Assembly: GCA_021432655.1 (NCBI GenBank)
Contig: MU271432.1
Location: forward strand, 1-35,901
Reading direction: 5' to 3'
From: Atractiella rhizophila
Lineage: Eukaryota
DNA: 35,901 nucleotides
Part shown: positions 1 to 11,299 of the stretch, one piece after another
Numbering within the stretch: the first letter of the stretch is position 1
Layout: every line of letters begins with the position of its first letter
Notes under the pieces: generated by a model
Databases searched by the model: none
What the model was told of the DNA's origin: nothing
The model's input: only the letters and a program-made list of their open reading frames with translations
Made by a program: the position numbers and the translations under genes

Positions 1-823
1 AGGTGGAAGGAGGACGTACGCGTTTGACTGAAGGCCTATAAAGAGCGGCGGTTAGGTTGCGTCCCTATAACGACAAAGTTGAGTTCAAGACTCCACTCCA
101 ACTTCAAAAACAAACAGCAACCTAGAAATGTGTTTTAGAAAATATGTAGATCCATCCAGGTCATCACCCCAAGAACCGCCCTGCTCCCCTTCCTACAGAG
201 AGAGAAGGGCTCTAAAGGCAATGGTTTGTACAGGACCCTTCCAATAAATAGAGTTCACTCTTGCGCTCCGTCTGGTCGGCAACAGCGTGTGCCCTAGTTC
301 CTCTCGTGGAAGAAAGGACAGAGTGCCAGGCCGGAATTAAGAAGCGCGATGCAGCAGCATGTTATCTCTAACTCATTTGAATGCCTAAGCAAGATAAACT
401 CATTCATTCTAGCACATTTGTTCAGCAGTTTTAGAGCATAATCAAGAGATGACTAGTTTGAACGTCACGTCTAGTACGCGATGCAAAATAAACCTGACGA
501 ACTCGTGTCCCTCTCAAACCTGCAGAAGAGACGAAGAGTAAGATGCAAGAAACTGCTCACCTCTCTCCACTTCCACTGGCCTCCACCCCTTTCCCCGCCT
601 CACTCTGTTGCAAGGCCAGTTTCCTAACCACCATATTCGGCATGAACTTCATCCTCGTCGTCCCCACTCTGCTCGGCTGCCCTGCCATCGAAGTGATTGG
701 AGCGTTAAGCAGGGCTGAAGTCGCCGTTGGCGCTGGACCTGACGTTGGAGTCGCCGTCCCTGATGTTGAGCCTGAAGGTGTGGGACGCCCGCGACCGCGT
801 CCGCGGGGCTGAGGAGCTGACAT
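1..823 (-). CDS. 5' part of a spliced gene running off the left edge; N-terminus resembles RNA polymerase III subunit RPC4/RPC53 (tentative); snoRNA host gene
   Basis: ATG at 823 opens MSAPQPRGRGRGR...GTTRMKFMPNMVVRK..., donor GTGAGC at 560. A CTAAC branch plus TATAG acceptor (AG at 37-36) gives a 16-nt in-frame micro-exon 35-20 (R-PSVKR), followed by donor GTACGT at 19. The RPC53 assignment rests only on the recalled 'MKFxP' N-terminal motif. Confidence 0.4.
142..425 (-). ncRNA. box H/ACA snoRNA, snR42-like guide for LSU rRNA pseudouridine (yeast 25S U2975 equivalent); 5' end uncertain
   Basis: Minus strand 3' hairpin: lower stem 238-233 with 153-148, upper stems 223-215 with 170-162 and 213-208 with 177-172. 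ACA at 147-145 plus 3 nt; pocket top is 14 nt from ACA. Pocket strands ACCUG (161-157) and GUACAAAC (231-224) pair with rRNA CAGGU-[U]A-GUUUUAC. Candidate H box AGATAA at 367-362. Confidence 0.8.
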
Positions 824-1031
824 CTTTTGGGAGAGAAGTCGCAAAGCAGGACCTGGAAAAATCAAAATCTGGCTCAAGGCCTGGGGGCGAGAATGACTGC
901 TTGAGGGGTATGAAAATTATTCAACGATCGATCGGCCACCAGATTCAAGTCAAGCTCGAGTCGAAGTGTCGGGGAGAAAACCAGCCACGATAAATAGGAA
1001 CGATTATTAGGATTGTGATTAGGGAGTTAAA

Positions 1032-1762
1032 ATGTCTATTCCAGCTAATTTTGATGCCGCCAATGCTCCAAACCATGCAGACGTGAGTTCCTTCTCCAGC
1101 GTTGTGAAGAATGTTTGTGGTTTTCTCATTTGGGACTGTAGATTGAGAAGCAGTTTGCTGTCAAGTGTGTCGAATACGCCGAGGTGTATGAAGAGCTATT
1201 GCAGAAGCTCCCACCTCACACTTTGAAACTGACACGGTGACTCTTCTTCCTAGATTGTTGCAGACAGGGTATTGAGGAGGGGAGAAGGTAGACATGATGA
1301 CGAAATCTACTCTGCACTCAAGGAAAAGTTCCCGGAAATTGCTGAGAACAGAGACGGGAAGTTGCAGACGGTAGATGAGGAGGATATGAAGAGTAAGGAG
1401 GGGAAGGAGAAGTGGAGAGATTTCATGAAACCTTTTGAGAAAAGTTAGTCATCATTTCCTCCTCCCCACTGTTCCCAGTCTCCTCAAACGAGAATTAAAC
1501 TCACAAGTGGCTTGGTTGCGGTTGCGGTGTAGAGGTGCAGGATTGGAATTTCGGAACGTTGCTCAAGAAAGACTGCAAAGCCGGATTCACCGAAACAAAC
1601 ACGATCTTCGGTGAGCATTTACTCTTTTATCTCTCTTTCTGCCCAGGAAGCGCGGATGTTGAAGTGAGATGTGGTACAGTGCTCAGACTACAGTTCCTTG
1701 CCTTTGAGATCGCTCGTAATCGGACAGGGCTTAACGATCGCAGCCCCTCCACAGCTTCTTGA
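1032..1762 (+). CDS. PBDC1: PBDC1/YPL225W family protein (polysaccharide biosynthesis domain), about 5 exons
   Basis: Spliced translation gives IEKQFAVKCVEYAEVY...DEEDMKSKEGKEKWRDFMKPFE...DWNFGTLLK...LRLQFLAFEIARNRTGLND, matching the family motifs. Confidence 0.9.
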
Positions 1763-2379
1763 CCCACCATCGAGCGAACTTGAACTGCTGGAGGATGTAC
1801 GGCGGATATGTACCTTTTTACGAGGAGCAGCATATTGTATCGGAAATGGAAAGAATGAGAATATTGTTGTCCTGTGTCCCTCCCACTTCCTAAGCTCGCT
1901 TTTCATCAAACTCTGCTGTACTTCTCCCAGTTGGCTTGGATACGCAATTCGTACAGTATAGTACCTGAGAGGTTTAGCGAGACGGCAAACGGAACATATC
2001 AATTCGAGCACACAGTAATAATAACTTGTTCTTTCGTCTGCTTCTTTCCGGATGGAGCCGTTTTTGAAACGGGAGCAACCAAGTTCCCAGTACGATTCCA
2101 ATGCTTGGAACATGGAAGGAAGGGATACATTCCGGCGACGCAGTGAGAGCTTACGCCCGCTTTGAGAGGTATAAAAGCTTGAGGCCCTTTGTTCCTGTCA
2201 AGTTCCTTTGAGCCTTTGCGTCCATTCTTTCCAGTACAAGTTCGGCATAATAGAAAAATTAGCAACAGAATACCAATCGAAGACGTGATATTCTTTCGCT
2301 TTCCTAAGGTGATTCTACTCAGGAGTCGCCTGGAGACTGTTCTGACGGTACCTTAGTAAGGAAGATAGAGCATTCTGTG

Positions 2380-4134
2380 ATGTCTTCCACTGCGACGGCC
2401 ACTCGAACGTTTACCACTTCCTCATTGACGTCGGCCGAACAACTTCGCACAACCGCAACTTCAGCCTCAACCAACAGCCTCAACCGTCGAGAGCCCACCC
2501 ACGCCAGTTCTGGTTCGACCAACAGCTCCTCCAGACCGTCAACCCCGCCTGAGTCTCGCTACCACTCGTCTGAGTCGTCCGTCCAGGAATCCCTCTTTTC
2601 GCCCACGTCAATCTCCAGAGTTTCCTCACCCCTCCCAAGTCCGACCTCCCTCAAAGGCTTCGGTGTCGGCGGCATCAACTACATCACTGTACCGACTGGA
2701 AACAGCATTGGATTCGGCGGAAAGATGTCGACGAAGCAGCTGAGCGAAGAGGAGGAGCTTCAAAGCTTTTTAAAGAAGGATGAGAGGCAGAGAGCAGAAG
2801 CTGGTTTACCGTTGCCTGCTACAGCACAGGAGAAGGAATCCAACTGGGGATTGGGAGGAGCTTTACCTATTCTGAGTTATTGTGTGGCGAGCATCATGAT
2901 GACTGTCATTAACAAGGTAGGTCCGATCCCCCATTTCTTATACAATGGGGATGAGGTAGCTCACTGGCTCTCGCAACATCAGTTCGTCGTCTCTGGGAGA
3001 GACTTCAACATGATTTTTCTGCTTTGTGCCATCCAGTCGGCAGTCTGCGTTGTCTGTGTAGTAGCAGCAAAACGGTTAAAGGTCCGTTCATTGACCTTGT
3101 CGCCAGAAATATCTCACAATTGACACAGTTCGTCTCGTTTCGAGATTTCGACAAAGAGGATGCACGACGGTGGATGCCTGTTTCTCTTCTTCTTGTGGGA
3201 GTAATATACACATCTAGCAAGAGTTTGGTGCGGTTTCTCCTCTGTGACAGTGGGGTGTGCGTTAACGTGAGATGTGGAGCGCAGCAATTCCTTCGGATAC
3301 CAGTGTATACAATCTTCAAGAACCTCACTACCATCCTTATCGCTTATGGAGAGGTGATTTGGTTTGGAGGCGAAGTCACCGGACTCGCGCTCGCCAGTTT
3401 CTGCCTCATGGTCCTCTCATCCTTCATCGCTGCTTGGTCAGATATCACGGACGCCATCGCGTCCTTTTCCTCCTCCACTGCTGCCACCTTAGATCCCACC
3501 ACGTCGACTGAAGCACTTCAATCGTCCTCGAGATATCTCGAGCTTGTACGAGCGGTGGGGAACCTCAATTCAGGCTACATTTGGGTCATGGTGAATTGCA
3601 TCGTCTCCGCAAGTTATGTCCTCTTTATGCGCAAGAGGATAAAGACGACTGGATTCAAGGTCCGTTCTTCCCATCATACATTTCTCGCTAATTCTGAGAT
3701 CCGTGTTATGATAGGATTGGGACACGATGTTCTATAACAACCTTCTCTCCATCCCCTTCCTCGTTGTCTTCTCCTTCCTCTTTGAATCATACTCCTCCGA
3801 AAACCTCCACAAAAACTTTCCCACGGAATCCGGGAACACCCTCATGACCCTCATCATCGTCTCTGGAATGGGAGCCGCCTTCATCTCCTATTGCACGGCT
3901 TGGTGCGTCCGAACAACGAGCTCGACCACTTTCAGCATGACGGGAGCTCTCAATAAACTCCCAGTAGCCGCTAGCGGCATGATCTTCTTTGGCGACCCAG
4001 TAACGGTTGGCTCCGTCAGCGCCGTGTCGACAGGTTTCGTTGCCGGTATTGTGTTTGCGATCGCGAAACAAAACCAAGCGAGGGCATCCAGACTCCGTTC
4101 GTCCTTCTCTTCTTTCAGCGTTAAAGTAGACTGA
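2380..4134 (+). CDS. VRG4: Golgi GDP-mannose transporter
   Basis: [45 protein letters not shown], and [17 protein letters not shown] with the GALNK motif; four GT-AG introns join the ORF pieces. Confidence 0.95.
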
Positions 4135-5145
4135 GGATATTTGTTGGGTTGCAGGAACAGCAAATGGAGGGATTGAGATGGGATCGAGACCGCGATAGTA
4201 GTTGTTGTGACTTTGGGGAGGTTTAGACTTTCAAAAAAGACTTCGAGTTTCTCGCGTGGCACAGATTAGACCTCACTTTAGCTACATTCCCTTTCTTTAG
4301 GATACCTCTATGTTCTGGTGGTTCTCGTTGGTCGACTTGTTGAGCCAGTACATATTCCAATCCGCCTTCCGTCAATAATACGTTTGGATCTTTATCGCCC
4401 CAAAGGATGGACAGATTTTAGACTCAAAATGGACTTGCACGCTTTCCTTACCTCTAGACCACCTGACACTTCGTCTCACAGTCTTCAGTCCATTTGTCAA
4501 CATCCACTTCACATTCGCATTCAGGGCTTTCTGTCGTTCGTTACAATCTATTCAATCTCGTCCTTCCTTACAATCTCTTTCTGTCAAAATGGACTTGTCG
4601 ATGTCGTTCTAGACTTCTGTAATTTTCTGGGATGTGCTGAGGTAGCTCACATACGGTCCATAGATTTGGAAGCAACATGCTTAAACCCACATTATTCATG
4701 CAGTTCCACTGTTAATGAGTTCATTTGATATTTGAAATCAACATGACTGCCTTTTTGGGAGAATGATACATTGGTCCATTGGTCCGCAGCAACTTGCACA
4801 AACACAAGCGATTGTCTGGAGAGAACAACGCTGTGAATTACTGATTGCCGATTCGAGCCTGCTTAAGCAGAATTTTGATATAAACAGCGGGCTCAAGTGA
4901 GTATTCTTCGTTGGTTTCATTCTTCAACTGGTATCCTGTCTGTTGTTCCAGAATGACTGCTTGTTGTGTCAGTTTACAGACAAAACACATTGTCATACAG
5001 ATATGTCATTATACTAACGCATATCTTGAATGAAAATTTAGTATCAGATATCTTAAGCATCTGACTAGGAGAAATAGCCATAACCATGACAGGCAACAAC
5101 TCACAACTACTACACGCTGACAGATTCATAGGTCATAACAGTACA

Positions 5146-6821
5146 ATGTCGAATACTTCGTCTCCTCTATCTTCCGTTGCCTCGTCACCTCCCGAATCCG
5201 AGCAAGAGGAAATTGAAGGATCCGCCTCTCCCCTTCCTCCCACATCGGCGACGATACGGCCCAAAACCCCTTCGCCAACTCCCTCAGAACCGTCGTCTGA
5301 CTCAGGAACGACTGGCGCTCGAGGGAAGAAACGAGCGCGAGATGAAGACGATGAAAGTTACGACGAAGGACAGACGAAGAAACAGACCCAGTCTGTTAAA
5401 AAGAAACGACAGCTTGCGCCGTCGACAGATGAGGAGAGTGCTGAGGAAACGATTCCGAATAAGGCGAAAGAAACGCTGACCAGCACCAGAAAGACTGCTC
5501 CCAGATCGAAGAACCAGCCATACAAAGCGGGTGCCGCTACCTCCACCGTGAAGAAAACGTCTTCTGCCGCTGTGGCTGCGACGAAATCTACCTCAAAACC
5601 GAACACGCCTTCCACCTCCAACTCTCTGAACCACACACAGAAAAAATCATCTCTCGCTCCCGCCACTGCGTCAACATCGAAAGACAAGGCATTTCTGCCG
5701 TCCCACCAAGCTCTCCCCCTCCGTTCGTCCAACCTGGCCAAGGGTTCTCCCAATCCAACTACTGCAAAACAGCCTTCGACAGCTGTCGCAGGCGCAAAAC
5801 CTACTCCTTTCCCTTCAGCTCGCTCCCTTCCGCCAGCCAAACCAAAACCGTCTCAATCAGGTCCCTCAGCCGCAATGCAAGCAACTACTAAGAAACCACC
5901 TGCCAAAAGTTCGATGGATATGCAAAATGTTGATGTTTTCGAATCCCTTTTCAATTTCGGACCTGCTAAATCATCACCGAAACCACATCCGACTACTCCT
6001 TCTGCAGCAGCTCGAGCAGCAGATAGGGAACGGGAACGGGGGGACACCAAATCTCGTCTGAGAGAAGGAATTTCTACAGTCGCGGCCGCCAGCAACGACC
6101 AAATGGAGGTGGATGCGATGAAGCCGAGCGAGAAATCGGAGAACGCAAGGAATCAGGAAACGGAGACAGCTCAAATTTCTCCTTCCAAACCTGCAGACCC
6201 TCCGAAATACGACCAAACCACGGCAGACTTGAACGCCATCAAGATATCAGTATGGAATTTTGGCTACATTTTGAGCTCTGCTAACATTGGCCCGTATGTG
6301 GTTCTAGAAAGTGAAATCCGCTCCTGCAATAGCAGAGAAACCACAGCGAAGACAAGAAGCGGAGTTTACTACGCAACAGAAACTGTATGCCCAACCCACC
6401 TCCTTCCCCTATGACAACTTTGGCTCAATCTTTGGACTAACAGGGATAAGCTCTACTCTGGTATTCCACAGGCTGCAACCAAAGACTTGCTGCAGACAAC
6501 CCGAAGAGAAGCTCGTCAACTGCATGAAGAACTCAAGGTGTGCTTGCTCTGCTCTGCATTTCTCCTGCCGTCAGGTTGAACAAAGTCCAGAACGGCTCGT
6601 TGGATTTAATGCGCATGCCGATGGAGATGGCCCAACTAGAGGAAGAGTTTAAAACTTACCTGAGGGGATTGCATGACCCTCTCCCCACTGGAACCTTTGG
6701 AATTCAGATTCTGAAGGGAATTGGGAGGGACGGAGATGGCCAGCGTGGAGGATATGATCACGAATATGGCTACGGCAAACAAGGGAGAGATAGCAGAGGG
6801 AGAGACCCTTGGACAGCTTGA
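5146..6821 (+). CDS. hypothetical low-complexity Ser/Pro/Lys-rich protein, probably nuclear
   Basis: Long exon 5146-6249 with basic clusters (RGKKRAR, KKKRQ); three canonical introns join it in frame to ...NGSLDLMRMPMEMAQLEEEF...PWTA* ending at 6821. Confidence 0.65.
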
Positions 6822-6992
6822 TGTAATTTCCCATTATCCTATTTGCCGCTCCGTCTAAGGTTGGATGATAAACATTTGGTCAACAGAAACTGATATAGCT
6901 CCCCACAGTTAGACTGCCTCGGTACTACGCCGAATAAATATCACACATATTGAATAACATCGCAGGCAAACACGGGGCGACATAAGGGCACG

Positions 6993-8156
6993 CTACACTA
7001 ACGCAGCGGCTCCTGCAACTATGAGGGCAGCAGCTTGAAGCGGAAGCGAAGTAATCGTGACAGGCCTTCGCAAAGGTCAGTGGTGTGTGTGATAATGAAA
7101 TATCTCACCTATCACGAGAAGCACCAGATCCACCACTCCCCTGACCACCCCCCGATCCAGGGTTTGTCAGGCCCGGCGTAGAAATGACAGCTTTTGTGGT
7201 GCTGTTGAGCACCCATTGGATGCTAGTTGAGGATTGTTGGATGGAGAAGGCAAGTCTATTCAGAAAGAACTCACCCATTAAGAATATGGTTTTGGTATGT
7301 TTGATTTTGCCACGTACTGATTTCGTGCCTGATACGTGAGTGTCAAGCCCGTCTCTGATATCGAAACACACTGATATCACATACCCGAGGCTGGTATACC
7401 ACATTCTTCCTTTAAAGGTCCCATCGTTCCAGTTGTTGTCAACAAGATCTAGACCTTGCTGATTCCCATCTCTGAACCACGCGATGGGGTGGGGTGTCCC
7501 TTGAATCTGGTCTTCTTGAGCTGCGTTATGTGTTGTCGTATCGTTGTATGAAGCTGGGTCGACGCTCATGATGACCGTCACGTCATTGTCTCGGGGATTC
7601 GAGCGAAAGTAATAGACTTCCTCGGTGAAGGTCCATCGAGCAGGAAGGGACGCTGTAGAAGGGTGCGAGACGTTTAGAGGGATAAAGGTCTATCGCAAAG
7701 GCGTGAAGTGAATTATCAGACAGGTCAGAGCCAGCGCTCCAGCAACGGGGGACTTACAGCAGGCTGCAAATCTGGATGATAATCAAAGAAAGCTCCAAAC
7801 GCCTTGCCATAGAACGAAGTGTTGAACAAGGCAGCAGTAGCTGAATGTATCCCAATGAGATTTCCTCCACTCGTCAGATAGCTGAACAAGTTGTCCTTCC
7901 CGTCTGAGTCCAAAATTTCGTCCGAATTGTGTAAAAATACTAGAGCGTCAAAATTGAGGAGGTTAGATAGAGCGAAGTCCGCTGGATCCTCTGAGAATGT
8001 GCAATTGATCTTTGGACTCATTTGCCCAAGAAAAGACTGAGCTGCTGGGATGCTGTCATGACGATAGCCAGCGGTCCTACTATAAACGAGCAGCTTCTGC
8101 TGTGTGCTTTGGGCCATGACCAACGCAGCGAAGGAAAGAAAGAGCAAGTGCAACAT
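6993..8156 (-). CDS. secreted ThuA-like (trehalose utilisation / class I glutamine amidotransferase-like) domain protein with GPI-type tail
   Basis: Signal peptide MLHLLFLSFAALVMA; LLVYSRTAGYRHDSIP, GGNLIGIHSA, FGAFFDYHP, WTFTEEVYYF, HPIAW, GRMWYTSLGH; Gly/Ser linker then hydrophobic LQAAALIVAGAAALV*. Confidence 0.88.
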
Positions 8157-8320
8157 GAAGAGTAAACCTGTTTCTTCCCTCCCCGAAACTTGAAGTTCTG
8201 GTGGTCATCAGTCACGTGGATGTCCCCTCGCAACGACTACTTCTCCGGCCCCGGACAATAACAGTGTATGGGTCGATTCAGAACACCAGAACGACCAGGT
8301 GCTTGTGATCAGTCTAATCC

Positions 8321-9835
8321 ATGATGAAGCATCGAGAGGCTAGGGATGGTCCTCCCATAGATATCAGTCTGTTTGTTTCCCCTCCAAGTTGTGTCGATTG
8401 AAGTTTCTGCTCAGCCAAGTCAAGATATGACCTTTCGACGTATTGTCTGTCGAATCTTTCTGGTCTGCAGACGCGTCTGGGCTGAATTATCTCCCCAGAT
8501 GGGCGGATCAGGCACTTCCAATCAGTTACTTCGCCTCTGACTCTGTTTTACTCCTCGAAATCATTGGAAGATGCCCAACAACTCATAAAGGACTACCAAG
8601 TTTGTTGTTTTCTTACCATTCCGTGCAACTGCAGTCGCTGATATGGTTTTTGCGCAGGAGGGAAACGAGCGTGGAAGAAAGCTTTGGGGGCGTGAAGAAG
8701 AAATGGGAGTATGGAAAGCAAAACAACGTCTGCTTCCTAACTTTGTATGGTGATAAGCGCCTCATTGTACCAACAGTGGTGGACTCGTCTATCCATCCAG
8801 GTTCGTCCCCAACGTCGAAACATCGCACACAGTGTTGTAATGAAATATTCGCACACAGATACAGGAAAACCGGTTCCGCTGCCATTTCGAATGAGCGCTT
8901 TCGTGCCAACAAACATGATTATCTGTCTTGGTGCAATTTTCACTGATGAACGAAGTCAAGAATTGAACAGAATATAGGTATGCTGATGCCGAATGCTACC
9001 CTTCGGAGCACAATATTTTGGCAATGGGCGAATCAATCGCTAAACGTTGCAGTCAATTCTGCCAATGCCAATAAATCCACACCTCTCTCAACACAAGAGG
9101 TGCGCACATTTGAGCTCGTGAAAAGTCATAGCTGAATCTGACGGTCACACAGATGCTTACTTCCTATGCATGTGCCACGGCTGCATCTGTGGGCATTGCG
9201 ATGGGTCTCACCCGCGTCGTTCCTCTACAGATGACAATCTTACGTCGTCTTGTCCCTTTTGCCTCTGTCGCAACTGCGGGGATTGTGAATATTGGCGTGA
9301 TGCGCTCGAAAGAAATGACAGAAGGTGATCCCCTTCCTCACTTCCGTACACCACTCATCATTATGACCGTAGGTGTTACAGTCTACGAACCGGGAACGAG
9401 CGAGCAAGTAGGAACAAGTCGGATAGCAGGCTGCTATGCCGTTGGTCAAACTGCTGCTAGTCGGATCATGGTGCTATGAAAGCCCTACTTATGTCCCTCC
9501 TGCTCATGCTTCTTGTGCAGGTCAATGTTCCTACTCTGATCTTCCCACCACTCGTCATGACATGGCTGGAACGACGAGGCACTTTCCGTGGTCCCCACGC
9601 AGCGAAAATCCATACGCTTGCCAATCTAGGTCATTTCTCTTTAAGCTGTTGATGTTGTTTAACACAAACTCTAGGTCTTATCACAAGCTCTCTCTTCTTC
9701 TTTCTTCCTCCAGCGATCGCCTTCTTCCCTCAACGGGGATCTGTCAAGGTCAAGAATCTGGAAGAACATTTTCACGATCTCACGAACAAGGATGGTGAAA
9801 AGATAGAAAAAGTGGAGTACAATAAGGGCCTATAA
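8321..9835 (+). CDS. sideroflexin (mitochondrial Mtc/SFXN carrier family); start approximate
   Basis: Spliced RYDLSTYYGRIRHFQSVTSPLTLF, HTDTGKPVPLPFRMSAFVPTN, IFWQWANQSLNVAVN, VPFASVATAGIVNIGVMRSKE, and C-terminal YNKGL*. Confidence 0.92.
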
Positions 9836-10551
9836 CACTGAATTGTGATGCAAGTGATGCCGGGCAATTCATGCATGTTACTCCAAGGATCACATCGACC
9901 GCATGCGATGACATAATTCGGTTAAGCAATCAACGTACACATCAATGTGTCAAACCGATGGAGTCGTTACATACTAGATGTCAAGATCATGCCAACCCTC
10001 TACTTCCACACTCCTGCATCCACTGCTGCAACCCAAAAGCTGAAGGAAATTGGCACCTCGACATGCCGAGCTGAGGCTATATCCAGGATCGAAATAGAAT
10101 GATCCAGTGAGCAGGTTAACTGCACTCTACTTTCTAGTTAGCAAACTGCTTGAGATTTCCCTTTCATGGTCTCAAAGTTGACCACTCTCGTCATCGCACA
10201 GCTAAAGTCAAGGGACTGAAATTACTGTACATCTAACCTCTCAATGGTGCTCTGAATGGTGCTTCCTTGGAAGTGCTTACATCGGATGACATAGCTAGCT
10301 GCCCACGCCCAATCGATTTTATTTCGGTTTTTCCGTCCGCACATTTAGAGCAAGCAACAAGGTTAACAGAAGTGATCGAACAAAGACACGTCGGCCCTTG
10401 GCATTTTGTCCCGGGCTTGCGGAACTGACTCAACGAAGAAGCACGTTTTTTTTATCGCATCAGCAACGTTGCTGATAAAGGATTATTTTATTCTTCAGGC
10501 CCGCCACTTCGATCTGCTTCGACCCATCCCCCCTCGACTTAATACCCTAGC

Positions 10552-11037
10552 ATGGACGTTGTGTCTAAAGCTACGCTCACAGCACAGCTAAACAATATCA
10601 CTAGGAAGATAAGGAGCAGGTGAGAATTTGAAGCTGCATTTGATATGGCACCCTTTTACTGATCTATATCTTCTCATGAACAGGTTTCCAGCGCAACCTG
10701 AAGTCCACGCTGTCTGTTTATACCTCTTGACAGCTTTCCGAAATGGGGAAGACAAGCTGCCTGTGCGTTCAAAGTCATCCCTGTTACGCGAGTGGTTTGC
10801 TGACCCGATAGTCTGATTTAGATATGGATAAAGATTCGCAAGTTCCTTCAGAACGAACCCGACCTTCTCGAAGAAGTCGAAATTTTCCTCGACTCGAGGA
10901 GAGAAGGAGAAACGCCTGTGCAAATTGATCCATTCGTTGTCGCCACCGTGACCCCCGTCCCATCCAGCCCCCCCATCCCAATCCCCATTCCCATCCTAGC
11001 CGAACAACCCATTACGTTCCCAAGTGGAAAGTTATAG
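10552..11037 (+). CDS. 120-aa stand-alone PAH (paired amphipathic helix, Sin3-like) domain protein
   Basis: Exons 10552-10619, 10684-10762, 10822-11037 (GT-AG, CTGAT/CTGAC branches) translate to MDVVSKATLTAQLNNITRKIRSRFPAQPEVHAVCLYLLTAFRNGEDKLPIWIKIRKFLQNEPDLLEEVEIFLDS plus a Pro-rich tail. In-frame TAA at 10540 lies upstream of the ATG. Confidence 0.7.
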
Positions 11038-11299
11038 AGATAGAGAGTCGTCAAGATACCAGCCGTCGCCTTTTGTGAAGCTGTGACGTGTGCGCATTAT
11101 TTCGTTATATGTTCTTTAGTCTCCCTCCGTATCCTCCACGACTCAGTTCGTTCGTGCCAGCGTATGTAACCTCAATCCATGATTTATAGAGCCCACGTAA
11201 TGCAAAGAAACACGCCTTTTATGATGACAGCCATTCAGCCAGAATCAGGCGGGAATTCCCGACTATCGAAGAGAACAAGGGACCGTGCTTAACCTTATT

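Noticed and set aside
220..230. AAACCAT on the minus strand resembles the snR30/U17 m2 motif
   Set aside because: No m1 motif at the expected place and the wrong distance to ACA; the sequence is better explained as the pseudouridylation pocket of the snR42-like guide.
322..360. CCAGGCCGGAA...AGCAGC resembles SRP RNA helix 8
   Set aside because: The flanks do not pair to form the tetraloop helix.
10233..10923. Cys-rich minus-strand ORFs suggesting a small secreted protein
   Set aside because: No signal peptide or coherent splice model; the splice signals in 10552-11037 are on the plus strand and give the PAH protein.
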